A stretch of DNA of 64,000 nt from an uncultured Gemmatimonadales bacterium (GCA_963793305.1 CAWBZV010000005.1:224001-288000), one strand, 5' to 3'; counted from the first letter of the stretch, positions 1-11,240 are shown. Translations and numbers: made by a program. The notes: generated by a model not told the origin, from the sequence alone.

Positions 1-2
1 TG

Positions 3-218
3 TACCTGATCTACCGCAAGAAGCACACGGACACGACGTACGTGCAATTGAACAGTGTCACCCCGCAGGTCCCACTGCCGGGGACGTACGCGTACGACGA
101 CACGCAGTCGGGCGGTGGTCTCGTCTTGACCACGCCGTACGACTACGAGGTCGTCGCGCGCGACTGCACGCCGGCGTTGTCGTCGGCGGTAACGCAAACC
201 AATGTCACACCTCACTAG
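3..218 (+). CDS. 3' end of a gene with a fibronectin-III-like C-terminus, probably pilus-associated (partial)
   Basis: Open frame from the window edge: YLIYRKK...TYAYDDT...YDYEVVARDCTPALS..., stop TAG at 216-218; directly upstream of a PilX-like gene. Confidence 0.55.
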   Translation, partial: YLIYRKKHTDTTYVQLNSVTPQVPLPGTYAYDDTQSGGGLVLTTPYDYEVVARDCTPALSSAVTQTNVTPH

Positions 219-231
219 CCCGGAGCCGCTC

Positions 232-2560
232 ATGACCCCGTTTCGACTCCACCGCACCGCGGGAGCCAAGGGCCGAGCAGGCTCCGCGATGATCTTGGTG
301 CTGCTGCTCACCTTCGCGCTGGCGGCTCTCGCCGGCTCGGCGATTCTGCTGTCCTCGACCGCGACGCAGACCGTCAAGTCGCGCGAGAGTGAGAAAGACT
401 TGCGCTACGCGGCCGACGCCGCGATCGCCATTGGCGAGAGCCAGATCGAGACCGATCCGACGACCGTGCCGTTGTCCGGATATACCCAGATCGCGACGAA
501 TGCGGCGATGCTCGCCGCGGACTCGACGGTGATCCCCCACCTCACGTACAACCTCTATGTGGGGCCGACCGGTTCGGTCACCCGGCAAAACGGTCGCTTC
601 GTGACGCTGATCGCGCAGTCGATGGACACCGCGCACCACCGGTCGTTCATCCGCCGCGTGGAGCTCATGCAGGAGACGTTCGCGAAGTTCGCCTACTTCT
701 CGAACAGCGAGAACGGCATCTGCTTCGGGTCCGGCGACATTCTGTACGGGCCGATCTTCTCGAACAGCTTGATCTCGACCTGCGGTCCGCCGCAGGTGGC
801 CACGTTCGAGGACTCGGTTGAGATCAGCTCACAGGCGGCGAGCCCCGGATTCTCGAACGGGAATCCGACGCAGGACTCGCTCAAGTACGGCTTCCGATAC
901 CCGGTCGCCCCGATTCCGCTGCCGTCGACCGCGCACCTGGCGAGCCTGTTCACGTTGGCGTCGAATGGGAGTACCCTGTTCACATTGCCGAACACGAACA
1001 CGGATTCGACCGGGGATCTGCACTCGCGGCTCGAGTTCGATGCGTACAACGACTCCAACCCGACGCTCGGCGCCGATTCGATCGCGACCGGCCAGGGATT
1101 CGTGAAGTTCTATCAAATCGACGAGACGAATACCTACTGGACAACGAACTTCGCGTCCGGCACGAAGCGTGACTCGGCGGCCGCGGCGTATCTCCGCGCG
1201 GGGCTCAACAAGCGCGGCGACTGGCACAACTGCGGTGACTGGCACTACGTGCTCGACTCGTCCGCGAAGCTCGCCGGCGCCACGAGTCCCTACCACTGGG
1301 AGTTCTTCCCGGAAGCGGTGCATGACTCGGCCTGGTTCAAGACCGCGGTCACCACGTCGCCATATTCATGGACGGACGGGAACGGCAACATTTATCGGTT
1401 CGCGAGCCCGTACGCTCCGACGGTGGCCGGCCTCGACTCGAATTTCATGATCCTCGAGAACGCGGCGCACAATTGGTTGCACAACTATCCGACGGTCGCC
1501 AGCACGAACACCGAGTGGAAATACGTCAAAGCCGGTACGCTGGGCTCATTGGGCAACCGAGTGCTGACGATCACGCCGAGGCGTGACGCCCAGTCGCCGA
1601 ACCCGGTGTGCTACCCGGGCGGCGATCCGCACCTGGTCTCGATGGAGCGTACGGGCTGGAAGAACACAGCTATCCTGGGAACTCCGGGTTACGGCTGGCG
1701 CGGCGGCGTGGACAGCACGTTCACGTACGCGAGCGGTGGCCCGGCCCCGACGATCCCGGCCCTCGCCGGCCTCGGCCACTGGGTGGTCTGGCCCGGAACC
1801 GCGATCTCGTGGGCGAACACCAACTTCAAGGGCAACCACGCGGACTGGGCCGCGCTGTTCCCGGTCGACACGACGCTCAACCCGGGGTTCAAGGGCGTGA
1901 TCGGCGTGCATGGCTCGACCGGCGTCAGCGGGAACGTCGACGGGCACGTCACCCTCTACATCGATGGCCAGGTCGGGATGATCGACAACCTGCGCCTGAC
2001 GACGGACCAAGGGGACTCGACGTGTGAGCACGGGATTGGAATTGTCTCGAGTCAGAGCGTTCTGGCGACCGATAACGCCCTCAACGTGCCGCAGCACTGG
2101 AACCTGAACGACTTGAACGGGACACTCGACTCGAACTGGGTCACGCTCCGTGACAACAACTCGGGCGGCAACGGCACCAGCACGTTCGGCGGCTCGCTGT
2201 ACGTCGAGTCCACTGTCATGGCGCTGAACTCATGGGGCGCCGAGGGACTGACCGCGGACAGCTCGTACACGTCCAGCGTGCTCTGCGCGACGACGGCTCC
2301 GCCGGACAACATCTGACAAGCGCGGCTGCCTGTACGTCTTCGGCAGCATCATCCAGAACTCGCGCGTCACGGTGAACTCGGGCTCGGGCGGCGCGGGCGG
2401 GTACGGGTACGCGAAGCGCTACCAGTATGACATCTGCGCGGTCACCAACCCGCTACCGTACTTCCCGACGACCGGGCGATTGATCGAGAATAAGTACTAC
2501 GAGCACGACCCGAACCGCTTCAACGTCGCGGCGCTGTACCAATCGTTGCAGGGTCCGTGA
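232..2560 (+). CDS. PilX-like minor pilin / pilus assembly protein, frameshifted near 2314
   Basis: N-terminal KGRAG|SAMILVLLLTFALAALA prepilin-like segment and AADAAIAIG helix; after the stop at 2316 the protein continues in another frame as KRGCLYVFGSIIQN...GYAKRYQYD..PLPYFPTTGR. Confidence 0.7.
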
Positions 2561-2593
2561 TCCTCACGCTGTGGCGCCGCCACCAATGGTTCT

Positions 2594-2631
2594 GACACAC
2601 AGCCCGGGCATTGCGTCCCGGGCTGTGTGTC
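2594..2631 (+). terminator. Strong stem-loop, probable terminator of the pilin cluster
   Basis: GACACACAGCCCGGG-N8-CCCGGGCTGTGTGTC, perfect 15-bp stem; weak U tail. Confidence 0.6.
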
Positions 2632-2678
2632 TTCACGTACGACAACGGCGAGCGTTGCCGAGCGACGGTCGTACAGTT

Positions 2679-2771
2679 ATGCTCGACGCTATCACGTTCC
2701 GGGAGGAAGTCCTGCGCGGCGTCGATCGATTGGTCGCCGCCGGCGGGTTGATGCGAGAGCCGGGCGAGTAG
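2679..2771 (+). pseudogene. Possible truncated antitoxin remnant
   Basis: 30-aa ORF MLDAITFREEVLRGVDRLVAAGG... immediately upstream of a PIN toxin; positional inference only. Confidence 0.3.
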
Positions 2772-2795
2772 CTCGACAAGCCGTGACCAGCCACG

Positions 2796-3223
2796 ATGCC
2801 GAAGTACGTACTGGACACGAACGTCTACGTCGATAGCGTCGCCACCGAGTCTGCGGCCGCGGGTCTCAAGCGATTCCTGCGCGCGCACCTGGGGCGCACG
2901 TTCTACAGGAGCTCCGGGTCGGCGCGCGCACACCGGAACAGGTAGAAGCACTGGTCGAGGGGGTTATCGCCCCGTTCGAACGTCGGCGAAGGCTCTTCGC
3001 GCCATCGCCACACGCGTTCGCCGAATGCGGGCGTGTGCTCGTCGACCTCACCGTGCGCGAGGGCATCGCGTACGCCGATACGAGTCGGTCGCTGGTCAGC
3101 GATGTGCTGCTCGCGACCTCGTGCCACGAGCAGGGCATCACGTTGGTCACCAGCGACGGCGACTTCAAGGTCATCGCCCGGCACCTGAAAGGGTTTCGGC
3201 ACGTCTCGCCGTTTCCGCGCTGA
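2796..3223 (+). pseudogene. vapC: PIN-domain (VapC-type) toxin, disrupted near 2902
   Basis: MPKYVLDTNVYV..., then in another frame LQELRVGA...SDVLLATSC..GITLVTSDGDF. Confidence 0.8.
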
Positions 3224-3288
3224 CCCCCTGAAAAGCTCACGCCCGCTGGACCCGTGCGGGCGCGCCCCGTCATATTGCCTTTGCGCGC

Positions 3289-3774
3289 ATGTTGCGGATC
3301 GCTGTGCTGACGATCTCGGACGCCGGATCACGCGGCGAGCGCGAGGATACCTCGGGTAACGCAATCGCGGCCTGGGCCGCCTCGCGTGGCGCCGTCGTGG
3401 CCGCGCGGGCCATTGTGCCGGATGCGTCGGCCGCGATCGCGGCGCAACTCGTCGCCTGGTGTGACGCGGACACGTCTGACGTGGTGTTGACCACGGGGGG
3501 CACGGGATTGAGCCACACGGACGTGACGCCGGAAGCGACGCGCGCGGTCCTCGATCGCGAGGCGCCGGGGATCGCCGAGCGCATACGGGGATTGAGCCTC
3601 GAGCGATTCCCGCGCGCGGCGCTGTCTCGTGGCTTGGCCGGGCTCAGGCGGCGAACGCTGATCGTGAACTTGCCCGGGTCGCCGGGTGGAGTACGCGATG
3701 GTCTCGCGGCCCTGGACCCGATACTCGATCATGCCGTGGACATCATCCGCGGCCGGGCCACGGATCATTCATGA
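3289..3774 (+). CDS. mog: MogA/MoaB molybdenum cofactor biosynthesis protein
   Basis: LTISD, TTGGTG, DVTPEAT and NLPGSP motifs. Confidence 0.9.
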   Translation: MLRIAVLTISDAGSRGEREDTSGNAIAAWAASRGAVVAARAIVPDASAAIAAQLVAWCDADTSDVVLTTGGTGLSHTDVTPEATRAVLDREAPGIAERIRGLSLERFPRAALSRGLAGLRRRTLIVNLPGSPGGVRDGLAALDPILDHAVDIIRGRATDHS

Positions 3775-5330
3775 AGATCCTGCTGACGCTGACGGATGTC
3801 GAACCCGCGGTGCGCTTGAACGCGCAGCTCGAGCAGTCGGGCGTCGAGACAGAGGTCGTCTCGCCGCTCGACGACATTCGCTCGAGCATTCGCCGCTTCA
3901 AGCCGGACATCTTGGTCTTATCCGGCGCCTTGCTGGATCCGCAGAGCGTGTCGCTCGTCCGGGAAGAGCTGTGGGATGGGACGCCGGTCGTGGGCCTCTC
4001 CGATGTGGGCGACCCCGAGATGGCCGAGCGGCTCCGGACTTTGGGCTACACTGAGATCTACGTCAAGCCGATCGTGTTCTCGGACGTTGTTGCCGGTCTG
4101 CGGCGCCTGGCCGACCGGCGTGCGCTGGCCGTCGCGACTGGCCTGTATGGCGACTCGCCGGGCATCCGCGAGGTGCTGGTCAAGGTCGAGCAGATGGCGC
4201 CGGTGTCGAGCACCGTCTTAATAGAAGGGGAGAGCGGCACCGGGAAGGAGCTGGTCGCCCGCGCGATGCATCAATTGAGCCCGCGCCGCGGGAAGCATTT
4301 CATCGCGGTGAATGTCGGCGCCTTGCCCGAGACGCTGGTCGAAAGTGAGCTCTTCGGACATGAGAAGGGCTCGTTCACCGGAGCGGCGGAGCGTCGCATC
4401 GGCCGGTTCGAGCTTGCCGACACTGGCACGCTTTTTCTGGACGAGGTGGGAGAGATCCCGCCCAGTACGCAGGTCAAGCTGCTCCGCGTGCTCGAGGAGC
4501 GTGAGCTGACGAGGGTCGGGGGGACGCAGCCGATCAAGGTCGACGTGCGGGTGATCGCGGCCACGAATCGGCCGCTGCGCGATGCGGTGGAGCAGGGGTC
4601 GTTTCGCTCCGATCTCTATTATCGGCTCAACGTGCTCGAGATCTACTTGCCGCCGCTGCGCGAGCGGAAGGAAGACATCCCCATCCTGGTTCGGCGGTTC
4701 ATCCAGGAGTTCTCGGCGCAACACGACCGGCCATTCCACGGGATCTCATCGGACGCGATGCAGGTGTTGGTCGACTATCCGTGGCCGGGCAACGTGCGCG
4801 AGTTGCGCAATCTCGTCGAGAGCATGGTGGTGCTCTCCCCGGGACACGAGATCGGGCCGACCGATATTCCGAGACAATTTCGCGACGCGAGCGCGCGCTT
4901 TCTTCCGGTGCCCGTGGGGCCGCTCCTGCGGGGGCGTGACGGCGTCGACGGGCGCGAGATGGAGTTCATCGTGCGGAGCCTCGTGGAGCTCAAGCTCCAG
5001 GTCGAGGAGTTGCGCCGTCGGATTGACGCTGAGCGTGCGTCGCCGGGGTGGGTGGGCGAGCTGCAGCCGGTGGGCGGGGCGGGCGGACTGCCGCCGGTGG
5101 GGCTGCCGGCAGGGATCGAGCCGCGCGATTCTGCGCCAGTGCCTAATATCGTGACAATCAGCCCTGGGATGACGATGGCGCAAATTGAGCGTGCGGCCAT
5201 CGAGGCGGCTTTGAAAGAAACACGTGGAAACCGAAGAAAGGCCGCCGAGATGTTGGGGATCGGTGAGCGTACGTTGTATCGCAAATTGCGAGAGTACCAG
5301 ATTCCCGATGCAGCGATGGTGCTTGATTAA
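3771..5330 (+). CDS. Sigma54-dependent enhancer-binding protein (atypical REC, AAA+, Fis-type HTH)
   Basis: [58 protein letters not shown]. Confidence 0.95.
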   Translation: MKILLTLTDVEPAVRLNAQLEQSGVETEVVSPLDDIRSSIRRFKPDILVLSGALLDPQSVSLVREELWDGTPVVGLSDVGDPEMAERLRTLGYTEIYVKPIVFSDVVAGLRRLADRRALAVATGLYGDSPGIREVLVKVEQMAPVSSTVLIEGESGTGKELVARAMHQLSPRRGKHFIAVNVGALPETLVESELFGHEKGSFTGAAERRIGRFELADTGTLFLDEVGEIPPSTQVKLLRVLEERELTRVGGTQPIKVDVRVIAATNRPLRDAVEQGSFRSDLYYRLNVLEIYLPPLRERKEDIPILVRRFIQEFSAQHDRPFHGISSDAMQVLVDYPWPGNVRELRNLVESMVVLSPGHEIGPTDIPRQFRDASARFLPVPVGPLLRGRDGVDGREMEFIVRSLVELKLQVEELRRRIDAERASPGWVGELQPVGGAGGLPPVGLPAGIEPRDSAPVPNIVTISPGMTMAQIERAAIEAALKETRGNRRKAAEMLGIGERTLYRKLREYQIPDAAMVLD

Positions 5331-5463
5331 AACGACTTACGTTCGCATATTCGATCGCGCTCTGAAGTAAGTACATCCGTTGGTTGTGGGACACTTCGAC
5401 CTGCGGGGACGGCGATGTCGTTAGTCGTCCGCGTCACTTTCTCACCGGACACTCGGAACGCCG

Positions 5464-6201
5464 TTGCCAGGTCCAGCCAACTTGTCCTCTCAACTGTCGA
5501 GTTCGCCACTGTCGATTGCAGGCAGCGTGTTGCCGATTCGGCGTGCGGAAGAGTTGTTGGCGACGTTGCCCGGCATCGTCTCGGCGAAGATCGTGGTATC
5601 GGACGCGGGCACGGTCGACGAGATTCACGTGCTCACGACGTCGGAGTACACACCAAAGCAGACGGTGCGCAACATCGAGAGCGCGTTGATCGCGCATCTC
5701 GGGATGCGCGTCGATCATCGCAAAATTTCGGTCGCCTCTTCGAGCGAGCCGCCCAAGCCGCGCGAGACGGCGATCGATCCGGCATTAGTTCAAGCCGTCG
5801 CCGAGGATCTAACTCGGCGACGTTTGTATTTCGAGGACGTCGAGGTGCGCCGGTCGCGCTCGCGCGGGGTCACGTGCCGCGTAACGCTGCGGAAGGGCGA
5901 CTCGTCTTTTGTAGGAGAGGCCGAGGGCGCGGAATCGGAGCGTGCCCGTGTCGACCTCGCTGCGCGCGCGGCCATCAAGGCGATCAGCCAGGCCGAGCGC
6001 GGCGAGCGCACGCTCGCATTGGATGGCGCCAAAGTGATTGACGCCTTCGACCGCGCGTTTGTCTTCGTCGGCGTGTCCGCTCGCGTGGGGCGCGAGAGTG
6101 CGCTCCTCACGGGCAGCTGTGAAATCAAGGAGAGCGCCGAGACGGCGAGTGTGCTCGCCGCGCTTGACGCCACGAATCGATGGATCGCGTACGGGCGGTA
6201 G
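5464..6201 (+). CDS. Conserved hypothetical protein
   Basis: 245-aa ORF (TTG start, start uncertain) with VDEIHVL..PKQTVRNIES..VDHRKISVA and C-terminal ASVLAALDATNR. Confidence 0.8.
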   Translation: MPGPANLSSQLSSSPLSIAGSVLPIRRAEELLATLPGIVSAKIVVSDAGTVDEIHVLTTSEYTPKQTVRNIESALIAHLGMRVDHRKISVASSSEPPKPRETAIDPALVQAVAEDLTRRRLYFEDVEVRRSRSRGVTCRVTLRKGDSSFVGEAEGAESERARVDLAARAAIKAISQAERGERTLALDGAKVIDAFDRAFVFVGVSARVGRESALLTGSCEIKESAETASVLAALDATNRWIAYGR

Positions 6202-6222
6202 CAATCGCACGGCGTGCGATTG
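6202..6222. promoter_or_regulatory. 21-bp palindrome (hairpin or protein-binding site)
   Basis: CAATCGCACG-G-CGTGCGATTG immediately after the stop at 6201. Confidence 0.45.
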
Positions 6223-6467
6223 AGAACGGGCGCGGTCTGTGATGGGTGAGTGAGAGGTCAGTGGCACTGCTCGTTGTGGGAGCGATGACATTCGAGCATC
6301 AGACCCTTTTCCCTCTGCCAACCAGTCACGAAAGTAGATCAAAACTGAATCCCCCGTTCGCGGACGAGCGGAGCTGAGCGGGCTTACACCCGAAATCCGA
6401 GCGGAGCCTACCACGAAGCGCATGAGGCGCAAGCCTGCATGCGACTACGACAGGGAGGTGACGCCGA

Positions 6468-6527
6468 GTGTTGAGTCTCCTGCTCAAGCTATTCGGAATG
6501 TGCGCTGTAACCATGGGTTGGGAGTAG
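6468..6527 (+). CDS. 19-aa hydrophobic peptide MLSLLLKLFGMCAVTMGWE
   Basis: GGAGGTGA Shine-Dalgarno at 6454-6461, GTG 6 nt later, TAG at 6525-6527; ends 29 nt before the HD-GYP ATG; below the ORF-track size cutoff. Confidence 0.65.
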   Translation: MLSLLLKLFGMCAVTMGWE

Positions 6528-6556
6528 TTCCGCGAACGGGGGTTCAACACCGCACA

Positions 6557-7972
6557 ATGAAACGAACTCCGATCGTAATCTTCGCAGCGGCCAGCACTAT
6601 TGTCACCTGTGCCGTAATCTGGCTGCTGTATGAGCTGGCGCCCATTTCGCTGGCCGCTAATCCCGTGGTGCTCGGCGAAATCATGGTACTCGCCGCTATC
6701 GCTGTGATCATCGATCACACGCGTGTCAAGCTGCAGGGCGGAGCGAACATTACGATCTCCTCGATGGCGCTAGCTACTGCGGCGCTGTTGGTGCCGGATT
6801 GGGCGACCGCATTGGCAGTTGCTGCATCCAGTACGGCAACTCAAGTCTTGGCGCGCAGACCAGCAGTTAAGGCTATCGTCAACGTAAATGCCACAACACT
6901 CGCCCTGGCGGTTGCTATAGCCGTTCATCGGCTTACTGGTGGCAGCTCATTGCTCCTATTCGCCAACAAGTCGCCGGTCACCGCACTCTACGCATTTTGG
7001 TGGAGGGTGCCGCTCTTCGTCGTGCTCAGCTTTTTGATTTCGGCATTTGTCGTGGGGATTGCGATTGCTTTGTCTACGAAGAGCAGTGTAGTTGATGTTT
7101 GGAAAGCGAACCTTCGCGAATCGCCCTCGGTAATGTTGATAACCACTCCGGTACTCGCCTTGTGTGCCGGTTGCGCTGTTTATCTCGGTTTGCCGGGGGC
7201 TATTCTAGTTGCGTTAATACCGATGGCTTCGATTCGACGGCTTGTCGATCAGAATAAGCAGCTAGGTGTGCGCCAGGCAGAACTTGAGCAACAAAAGGCC
7301 GCACTTGAACGGACGCACAAAGAAGTACTGCAGCTCATTGTGCTGTCGATCGAAGCTCGCGACCCTTACACGTCCGGCCATTCGCAGCGCGTACAGCACA
7401 ATGCAATGATCTTTGCGCGTGGCTTAGGCTTCGATGACATTCAGGTCCACAAGATTGGCGTAGCGGGTGTGCTCCATGACGTTGGCAAGATGGGCGCGCA
7501 GTATGCACCTATTCTTGCAAAACCCTCCAAGTTGACCGCAGAAGAGCGCGCAATCCTTGAGCGCCATCCGGTAGATGGCGCGAATTTGGTGGGAACAATC
7601 ACTGAGCTCAGCGACATAGTTGATGTCGTGCGCCACCACCACGAGAATTGGGATGGAACTGGCTACCCTGACCGACTTCAGGGTGAGAGTATCCCCCTTC
7701 ATGCGCGGATTATCCGAGTTATAGACACGATAGATGCGATGACGACCGTGCGTCCTTACCGAGCTGCACTCGGGGAGGCGGATGTGCGCTCAGAGCTAAT
7801 CAAGTACAGAGGAACGCAATTCGACCCCGCGCTTGTTGATGCTTTGTTGCAGCCGCACGTCTGGGCCACGATCTTTCCGCCTGTCGCGCCGAGTATACTC
7901 GCGCGTGAATTCACTCCACGATTTGGGGTACGGCGAGTAACCGCCGAGGGGCTCAAGATTAGCCGAGGTTAG
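6557..7972 (+). CDS. Membrane-bound HD-GYP domain protein (putative c-di-GMP phosphodiesterase)
   Basis: Multiple TM helices, coiled linker, EARDPYTSGHSQRV, LHDVGK, HHENWDGTGYP, GTQFDP; start moved to ATG 6557. Confidence 0.9.
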   Translation: MKRTPIVIFAAASTIVTCAVIWLLYELAPISLAANPVVLGEIMVLAAIAVIIDHTRVKLQGGANITISSMALATAALLVPDWATALAVAASSTATQVLARRPAVKAIVNVNATTLALAVAIAVHRLTGGSSLLLFANKSPVTALYAFWWRVPLFVVLSFLISAFVVGIAIALSTKSSVVDVWKANLRESPSVMLITTPVLALCAGCAVYLGLPGAILVALIPMASIRRLVDQNKQLGVRQAELEQQKAALERTHKEVLQLIVLSIEARDPYTSGHSQRVQHNAMIFARGLGFDDIQVHKIGVAGVLHDVGKMGAQYAPILAKPSKLTAEERAILERHPVDGANLVGTITELSDIVDVVRHHHENWDGTGYPDRLQGESIPLHARIIRVIDTIDAMTTVRPYRAALGEADVRSELIKYRGTQFDPALVDALLQPHVWATIFPPVAPSILAREFTPRFGVRRVTAEGLKISRG

Positions 7973-8020
7973 CTCGGCTGCCTCGCTGTCATGCGCCGGT
8001 TGAGCGAGTGGTCAGACCCT

Positions 8021-11000
8021 CTAAACCAGAAGATGCTCAGCCTTCAGCCCGAACAGGGCAGTTAAGTAAGCAGGCGCCGCATACCGCTCCCTTCGATGGT
8101 TGCGAAGGTATTCTACCAGGATGGTTTTCGCCCGAGCTTCTTGATTCTGGGCCAGCAGCGCCTTGCAAAGCGCGAAGGCGGCGAAGTCCTGATTTCCCAG
8201 CCCCTGTAGGCGTCTGAACTCGTGCTCAAGAGTCGATATTAGCTTCGTGGGCCGATGAACTCTGTCATGAGTAAACGCTAACAGCGTGGACAGAGCCAGG
8301 AGGCAGTGTTTAATGCGGCCGCCGGACTGGCTGGTTTGACTTCGCCACTTTCTGAACGCCCGTGCGTTGCATATGCGCATGGCTTCTTTCTTGGTTCCAG
8401 CGATCAGGGCAATCATCGCCCTAAGCTGCGCGATATCTATTGCCCGATAGGGAAAACGACGCCGATCTTCAGCCGCGAATAACGTGATCCAATAGATCTC
8501 GCGCTGAGCTGAACTCTCCTTGCTCGATGAATGTTTCGCCAATCTGAGTGAGTGTGGCTAGTACATAACTGCGGCTTTGCATCCACTTAACCAGTTGCAA
8601 AGCTTCGTCCAAAGCAGCGCGTGCGTCGTCAAATCGGCCGAGAAACCTCAAGGTCAGGCGTGTCGTCGGAGACTCTGCGCGAGAAAGGTTGTGGATCCAC
8701 TGAGACGCGCGTAGGTGACCAGAGCATTACCTGCTTGTGCACCCTTTTCGAGGTCGCCGACATAGGTGTCGAACACCATGGACATCGTCAACAAGTCCAC
8801 CGGTCGAACCGTGACTTCGCCCGCGAGCGAAAGAAGGCGGTGGTGGAAGTGCTTGAGGCGCATGGGGTCATGCAGATTGAATGCGCATATCATCGCGCAG
8901 ATACCCGCCCTGACACGGGTGTCAGGTGCTGCGGAGTCGTCGGCAAGACACGTTGAAGCCTCAATGAGGAGGGGTTCCACATCCTCAAGCGCGTACATCC
9001 GCGCCTCCAATACGTCAATTTGCCACTGAGACCAAGCCGAGCTCCCGATGCGGAGGGCCTTTCGCAACCGGCTAACTTCAGCGGCCGCCCGCGATACTCC
9101 TGCCAGATCGCCCACAGCGAGCAGTGCCGGGATGATGCTTTTCCTGAACCAGTACGCGCTCGTGGTCACTCTCACACCATTCGACCGCATGCCGCCACAT
9201 CGCAGTAGCTTCATGCGGAAGCCCGAGCTTGAGGAGCCGGTCGCTACACCGTCCGAGCATCGCGATCGCTTCGCGATGCAGCCCCGCCAAGCGGTAATGA
9301 TTCGCGCAATCCCAGAGCAGGCTAGAATCGTGCGGCGGTTCGAGTTCTGGATGAAGCACGTCTCGCGATTCTTCCGTGAGCCAACTGGGCTGTCGTCGAG
9401 GTAAGCCGGGCGCAAACCAGAGTTGGCGAGTGTACTATGCATGCAATGTGCGACGCCGTGCTCCCATCGTATGAAGCCCTTGTGTTCCAGGCTGTCCATC
9501 CGACTGACGAGCTCCACCTCTGGGAACTCCAATAGACGCTTCAGTCTGCCCCGTCGTCGTATGCTGTCCAAGCATCGCGATCGTCTGAAGAACGAGCAGT
9601 TCGCTTTCCGCAAGGGTCGCCAATGCGCTCGATGCAGCGCGGACTCGATCGATGGTGGTATGGGATGTCGATGTCCACAACTTTCCCAGTAACGAGCCAA
9701 CTCGTGCATCAACCGTGGAGAGCCACACGCCATCTCGATGTAGAGAGATTCCAGATCTGTACTGAGTCCGCCGTGGTGTGTTGACGTCAGGAGGCGCAAC
9801 AACTCACCCGACTCCGTCCGGGTGAGCGGGTCGAGCGCGTGCGACCGCAAGCCTCGATTGAGCGTCGCGAGCCGTGCCGCCGACCCTGATGGGTCTCGCG
9901 CGGTCATGAGCACAAGCAACGATCTGGAGTGGCTGGTTGCCACGAGGTCAGCAACAATTTCGATCGACTGTTCGTCAGCTTGATCTATATCATCGATAAC
10001 CACGAGCAGGCTGACCTCGTGAGTTACAGCCGCAATGAGATCCAGTATCGATTGCTTAATACCCGCGTAGATAAATGACGGCGCATCCTGGCCATCAGAC
10101 GCGACAGGCATCTCGAGAGACTCGCCCGTCAATTTTCGTAAGTATTGCAGGGAGGCTGGCGAGCAACCAATGGCGCCGGGAAGGCGTTGAATCGCTGACA
10201 CGACCTTCGTCAGCACCGATAACGGGCATCGTGATTCACTCGGCAAACATTCCGCGTGCACGACGCTGATGCCCTCGAGCGCCGCGGTGCGGCTGATCTC
10301 CTCAATGAGCCGAGTCTTCCCCAGCCCCGCACCTCCCTTGACAAGGTAACCACCACCCGAACTTCGTCGCATATGCCGAACCATCGTGGTGATCGCGGCG
10401 ATCGCGGATTCGCGACCAATGAGAGGCGACTCAGCGGGCGTAAATCGGTCGGAGATGCGTTGCCGCAACAGTGCACTCGGCAGTCCCACACTGGACGCAT
10501 GAGCGGCGAGATCCTTCTTGTATCGCTCCAGCAAACGCACGGCCCCGATCTTATTGCCTCCCATCGCTCTGGCTTCTGCAAGACCAAGCGTGGCTTCTTC
10601 GTTCAACGGATCGATAGCCAGGCAGCGAAGAGCGGCCGCCTCCACTTCGAGCCAACGCCCATTTTGTCGCCGGACCCCGATGGAAGCCACAAGGCCGTTG
10701 CAAATCTGGAGATTGACCTGGTCCCGCAGCTCTTGAAGCCAACGATCGAACGTCCGAGAGACGTTCGGAGAGTAGCCAGGCAAGAATTCTCTCAACAGTG
10801 GCCCGAAGTCCTGTTGGCAACTCGCAATTGCTTCGCGGTAGTCGATGCTGACGGCCTCGGCCAGTAACCCAACACTCGCGTCATTCGCGACCAGCTGGAT
10901 GCCGGCCCGCTTCAAGGCGTAAATGGTCTGACGCAGTCGATGACGAGCCTCGACGTCGCGCGTGTCTGGCCACAACAGTGATTGGAGTGTAGAGCGAGGT

Positions 11001-11152
11001 AGCAGTTTGCCCGCCTCTATGACGAGTCGTAGCGACGCCGCAAATAGCATGTGTGATCCCGGCTCGATTCTGTGCCCAGCGACTTCTACCGCGCAATCAC
11101 CCAGAGACCGCAGCGTTATCACCGATGGCTGCGAGCGCTCAGAACCGGCCAT
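8021..11152 (-). CDS. Large regulator with winged-helix/BTAD, P-loop (STAND-like) ATPase and TPR-like repeats; multiple frameshifts in the 3' half
   Basis: GAGGAG RBS before ATG 11152; LLWPD..ARHRLRQTIY, LAIDPLNEEA, GGAGLGKTRL, VVIDDIDQAD; TPR-like segments continue in other frames (ORF-track 9435-9728, 9078-9359, 8469-8651, 8021-8542). Confidence 0.8.
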
Positions 11153-11240
11153 TCCAAAACTCCTCACCAGGGTTACGACAAACCCTGTCGGTCACCGTCA
11201 GCGAAGTGTCAGAAATCGAGAACGGTGAAAATAGCAACGT

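Noticed and set aside
6262..6277. TGGCAC...GTTGT as a sigma54 promoter for the peptide gene
   Set aside because: No GC at the required GG-N10-GC spacing
6422..6556. ORF-track N-terminal extension of the HD-GYP protein
   Set aside because: Non-protein-like and overlaps the RBS-led peptide ORF; ATG 6557 directly precedes the first TM helix
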